Part shown: positions 61,071 to 64,000 of the stretch, in pieces
Layout: every line of letters begins with the position of its first letter
Position numbering within the stretch: the stretch's first letter is position 1
NCBI GenBank assembly: GCA_963803145.1
Contig: CAWDLW010000013.1
Location: forward strand, 1 to 64,000
DNA length: 64,000 nucleotides
Reading direction: 5' to 3'
Source: Methanotrichaceae archaeon
Lineage (GTDB): Archaea; Halobacteriota; Methanosarcinia; Methanotrichales; Methanotrichaceae
The notes under the pieces: model-generated
Told to the model about the DNA's origin: nothing
Databases searched by the model: none
Seen by the model: only the letters and a program-made list of their open reading frames with translations
Position numbers and translations under genes: made by a program

Positions 61071-64000
61071 ATGAACCTCGATCTTGCGTATAGATCGATC
61101 CTGGACTACATGGATGAGGCCGTCTGCGTACTGGATTCACAATCGAAGATCATGTACATGAACCCCGCAGCCGAAAAGTTGGCTGGACATGGGGCTCCGG
61201 ATCCGTTAGGTAAAACATTCGATGAGGTCTTCTGCGCCTGTATTATAGAAAAGCCAACCAAACCTGGCCATAATAGATGCAAAACTGTAGATAATGGGCT
61301 TGAGATCTCTACCTCATCCTTGTTCGATGAAGGAAGACCAATTGGATCAATCGTATTCCTGAAGAAGTCCTCTTTATCAAACGATAATTGCAGAAAAACC
61401 TCTCAAGAAATTAAAGCAGATGTTGCTCAGGATCTTGCCGCTCTGATTGCAAGAAACGCAGACGCTGAGGAGGTTAAGAGAAGAGACAGGTTCCTAACAG
61501 GTGTCGCCCTAGCTACGAATCTGTTGCTTACAAATAGAGATGACGATCTGATAGTCAACCAGGTCCTAGAGCTTTTAGGCTATTCTGCCGATGTCGATAG
61601 AGTTTTCATATTCGAAAATTATGACGAGAATGGAGAGCATTTTCATAGATTGCGATATGAGTGGGCAAGAGATAAAATCAAACCTCAAATGAGCGATCCC
61701 GGAACATACTGCAGCTCCTTCAGCTCTTTCCCAGGAGGGTACGAAACCCTTGCCAATGGAATGCCCATAAAAGGTTTAACTCGAGACCTCCCTGAGACTG
61801 CAAAAGAATTTCTATGTGGCCCCGGAACCCTTTCCTTTTTGGTTGTACCCTTATTCATAGGGGAGAATCTCTGGGGAACCATAGGCTTCCACGATTGTCG
61901 CTCTGAAAGGAGATGGACCTGGTGCGAGGTATCAATCCTTCTGACTATGGCAGGAACTATCGGCGGAATATTGCTTTACCAAAAGGCAGAGGATGCACTA
62001 AAGAAGGGTGAAAAAAATTACAGGGAGCTGGTTGAGGGGGCCAACAGCATCATAATGCGAAGGGATGTATCCGGAAAGATTAACTTCCTCAACAAATTTG
62101 CTTTGAAGTTCTTTGGATACCCGGAAGAGGAGATCATAGGCAAGAACGTTGTCGGTACTATTGTTCCAGCCACCGATTCAACAGGGCGTGATCTTAGGAA
62201 AATGATAGAGGAGATCGGAAGGTATCCTGAGCGCTATGCGATGAATATCAATGAGAACATGCGTTCCAATGGTGATCGTGCATGGATCGCCTGGGCAAAC
62301 AGGCCAATATTGAACGAAAAAGGCGATGTAGTTGAGATTCTATGTATAGGAAACGACATAACCGATAGGAAGACTGCAGAGGAAAAACTAAAGGCCGAAC
62401 ATGAGCAGCTCCTCGGAATTATAGAGTTTTTGCCAGATGCAACGTTTGTTATAGACAAGGACAAGAAGGTCATCGCCTGGAATAGGGCCATCGAGGAGAT
62501 GACCGGCATAAACAAGGAGCATATAATCGGCAAGGGCGACTATATTTATGGACTGCCGTTTTATGGTGACCCAAGACCTATGCTTATAGACCTAATAGAT
62601 AGTGAGAACAAGGAAATTGAATCAAATTATATATACATCGATAGAAAGGATGGCAGGCTCTATGCTGAGGCATTTGTGCCGTCTTTGAACTCCAGCAAGG
62701 GGGCTTACGTCTGGGCTACGGCCTCTCCTCTTTATAACGATAAAGGCGAGATTATTGGTTCTATTGAATCTATCCGAGACATCACACAACAGAAGGTGTC
62801 AGCGGATGAGATAAAGCGCAGAGATCTCCTGCTCGCAGGCATTGCCGCTTCTGCCAACGCTCTACTGATCGCCCAGGATGACGAATCTGATATCACCCAG
62901 GCACTGGAAATACTTGGCTTATCTGCAAATGCTGATAGGATATACATCTGCGAGAACATTGATCCCGAAAAGAGCCGCGTCATGAGCCGGATTTTTGAGT
63001 GGTGCAGAGAGGGCATACCGCATCAAATAGACAATCAATGCGCCAAGAATATCTCCTATATCCAGCATTTTCAAAATTGGTACAACGATCTGGAGATGGG
63101 CAAGACAATAAACGGATCCATTAGAGGCCTTACAGGCTCTGCCAGAGACCTTACAGAGCCTGAAATATCGCTGCTTAAATCTCAGGGGATACTCTCTCTA
63201 TTGATAGTGCCGATAACAATTGAAGAAAAGCTATGGGGCTTCGTAGGCATTGATGATTGCCGCTCTGAAAGAGTATGGATGCAGAGCGAGATATCAATAC
63301 TTAGTGTGGCTGCAGCCAGCATCGGGGAGATGATGGCCCGCCGATCTGCTGAAAGGGCGCTTCAGAGGTCTGAGGAGAACTATCGGGCCCTGGTGGAAAA
63401 CATAAACGATGTTATATTCAAACTGGACAATCAGGGCCGTTTTACCTACATGAGCCCTGTGATAGAGCAGATATCAGGCCATAAACTGAGCGAGATAATC
63501 GGGCAGCCCTTCACCATCTTTGTTCATCCTGATGACCAGCCAGGCCTTCAGGCCAGCTTCGAGCGCCTTCTTGCAGGCCGTCTTGAGCCATATGAGTTCA
63601 GATCAAGAGATAAGAACGGGAAATACCGCCATGTACGGACATCTAGCCGTATCCTAATAGAGAACGGACAGCCTGCAGGATTCATAGGAGTATTAACCGA
63701 TATCACTAAGCGCAAACAGGCCGAGGAGAAGCTGCGGGAGACACGTGACTATCTCGAGAACCTCATTGATTATGCCAATGCTCCCATTATAGTCTGGGAC
63801 CCAACCTTTCGCATAACCAGGGTTAACCGTGCCTTCGAACGTCTTACAGGACTCAAGGCAACTCAGGTTTTAGGCAAACCCCTGGATATTTTGTTCCCCG
63901 ATATGAGCAGGGATGAATCTATTGACCATATCCAACGGACTCTATCGGGAGAGCGCTGGGAGACTGTTGAAATACCAATAAAGAGAAAAGATGGAGATGT
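61071..64000 (+). CDS. Large cytoplasmic PAS/GAF multi-sensor protein, 3' end outside the window (probably a histidine kinase)
   Basis: Hand translation from MNLDLAYRSILDYMDEAV gives PAS-GAF-PAS-PAS-GAF-PAS-PAS, with PAC ends NDITDRK, RDITQQK, TDITKRK; I found no stop before 64000; no TM segment. Confidence 0.85.
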   Translation, partial: MNLDLAYRSILDYMDEAVCVLDSQSKIMYMNPAAEKLAGHGAPDPLGKTFDEVFCACIIEKPTKPGHNRCKTVDNGLEISTSSLFDEGRPIGSIVFLKKSSLSNDNCRKTSQEIKADVAQDLAALIARNADAEEVKRRDRFLTGVALATNLLLTNRDDDLIVNQVLELLGYSADVDRVFIFENYDENGEHFHRLRYEWARDKIKPQMSDPGTYCSSFSSFPGGYETLANGMPIKGLTRDLPETAKEFLCGPGTLSFLVVPLFIGENLWGTIGFHDCRSERRWTWCEVSILLTMAGTIGGILLYQKAEDALKKGEKNYRELVEGANSIIMRRDVSGKINFLNKFALKFFGYPEEEIIGKNVVGTIVPATDSTGRDLRKMIEEIGRYPERYAMNINENMRSNGDRAWIAWANRPILNEKGDVVEILCIGNDITDRKTAEEKLKAEHEQLLGIIEFLPDATFVIDKDKKVIAWNRAIEEMTGINKEHIIGKGDYIYGLPFYGDPRPMLIDLIDSENKEIESNYIYIDRKDGRLYAEAFVPSLNSSKGAYVWATASPLYNDKGEIIGSIESIRDITQQKVSADEIKRRDLLLAGIAASANALLIAQDDESDITQALEILGLSANADRIYICENIDPEKSRVMSRIFEWCREGIPHQIDNQCAKNISYIQHFQNWYNDLEMGKTINGSIRGLTGSARDLTEPEISLLKSQGILSLLIVPITIEEKLWGFVGIDDCRSERVWMQSEISILSVAAASIGEMMARRSAERALQRSEENYRALVENINDVIFKLDNQGRFTYMSPVIEQISGHKLSEIIGQPFTIFVHPDDQPGLQASFERLLAGRLEPYEFRSRDKNGKYRHVRTSSRILIENGQPAGFIGVLTDITKRKQAEEKLRETRDYLENLIDYANAPIIVWDPTFRITRVNRAFERLTGLKATQVLGKPLDILFPDMSRDESIDHIQRTLSGERWETVEIPIKRKDGD

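Overview
Chromosomal window from a methanogenic archaeon. The gene content and protein sequences resemble Methanothrix/Methanosaeta (an inference). From left to right: (1) the A1Ao ATP synthase operon atpHIKECFABD on the minus strand; (2) a compact form III RuBisCO transcribed divergently from a bifunctional FBP aldolase/phosphatase, which is followed by a polyferredoxin and a tungstopterin aldehyde:ferredoxin oxidoreductase that looks like the heterodimeric GAP-oxidising GOR type; (3) a mosaic surface-glycan locus of about 32 kb (14.2-46.2 kb) with two GlmU-like genes, glmS, a complete WbpE/B/D/A/I-like di-N-acetyl-uronic acid pathway, gmd/fcl, WbpP/WbpO-like genes, an AsnB-like amidotransferase, two methyltransferases, many glycosyltransferases, a Wzm/Wzt ABC exporter with a decayed second wzm, and a Wzx flippase; (4) housekeeping and accessory singletons (aksA, Dph6 coupled to a glutaminase, acyl-CoA ligase, aldehyde dehydrogenase, an exported rhodanese without its catalytic Cys, YbhB, rubrerythrin, an orphan HerA, a cyclase), a TnpA-only IS200 element, several microproteins missed by the ORF track, and a large PAS/GAF sensor that runs off the right edge. 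I saw no rRNA, tRNA or CRISPR array. The best candidate for an undescribed system is the rbcL / fbp-polyferredoxin-GOR-like cluster. All calls come from reading motifs by eye; no searches were run.
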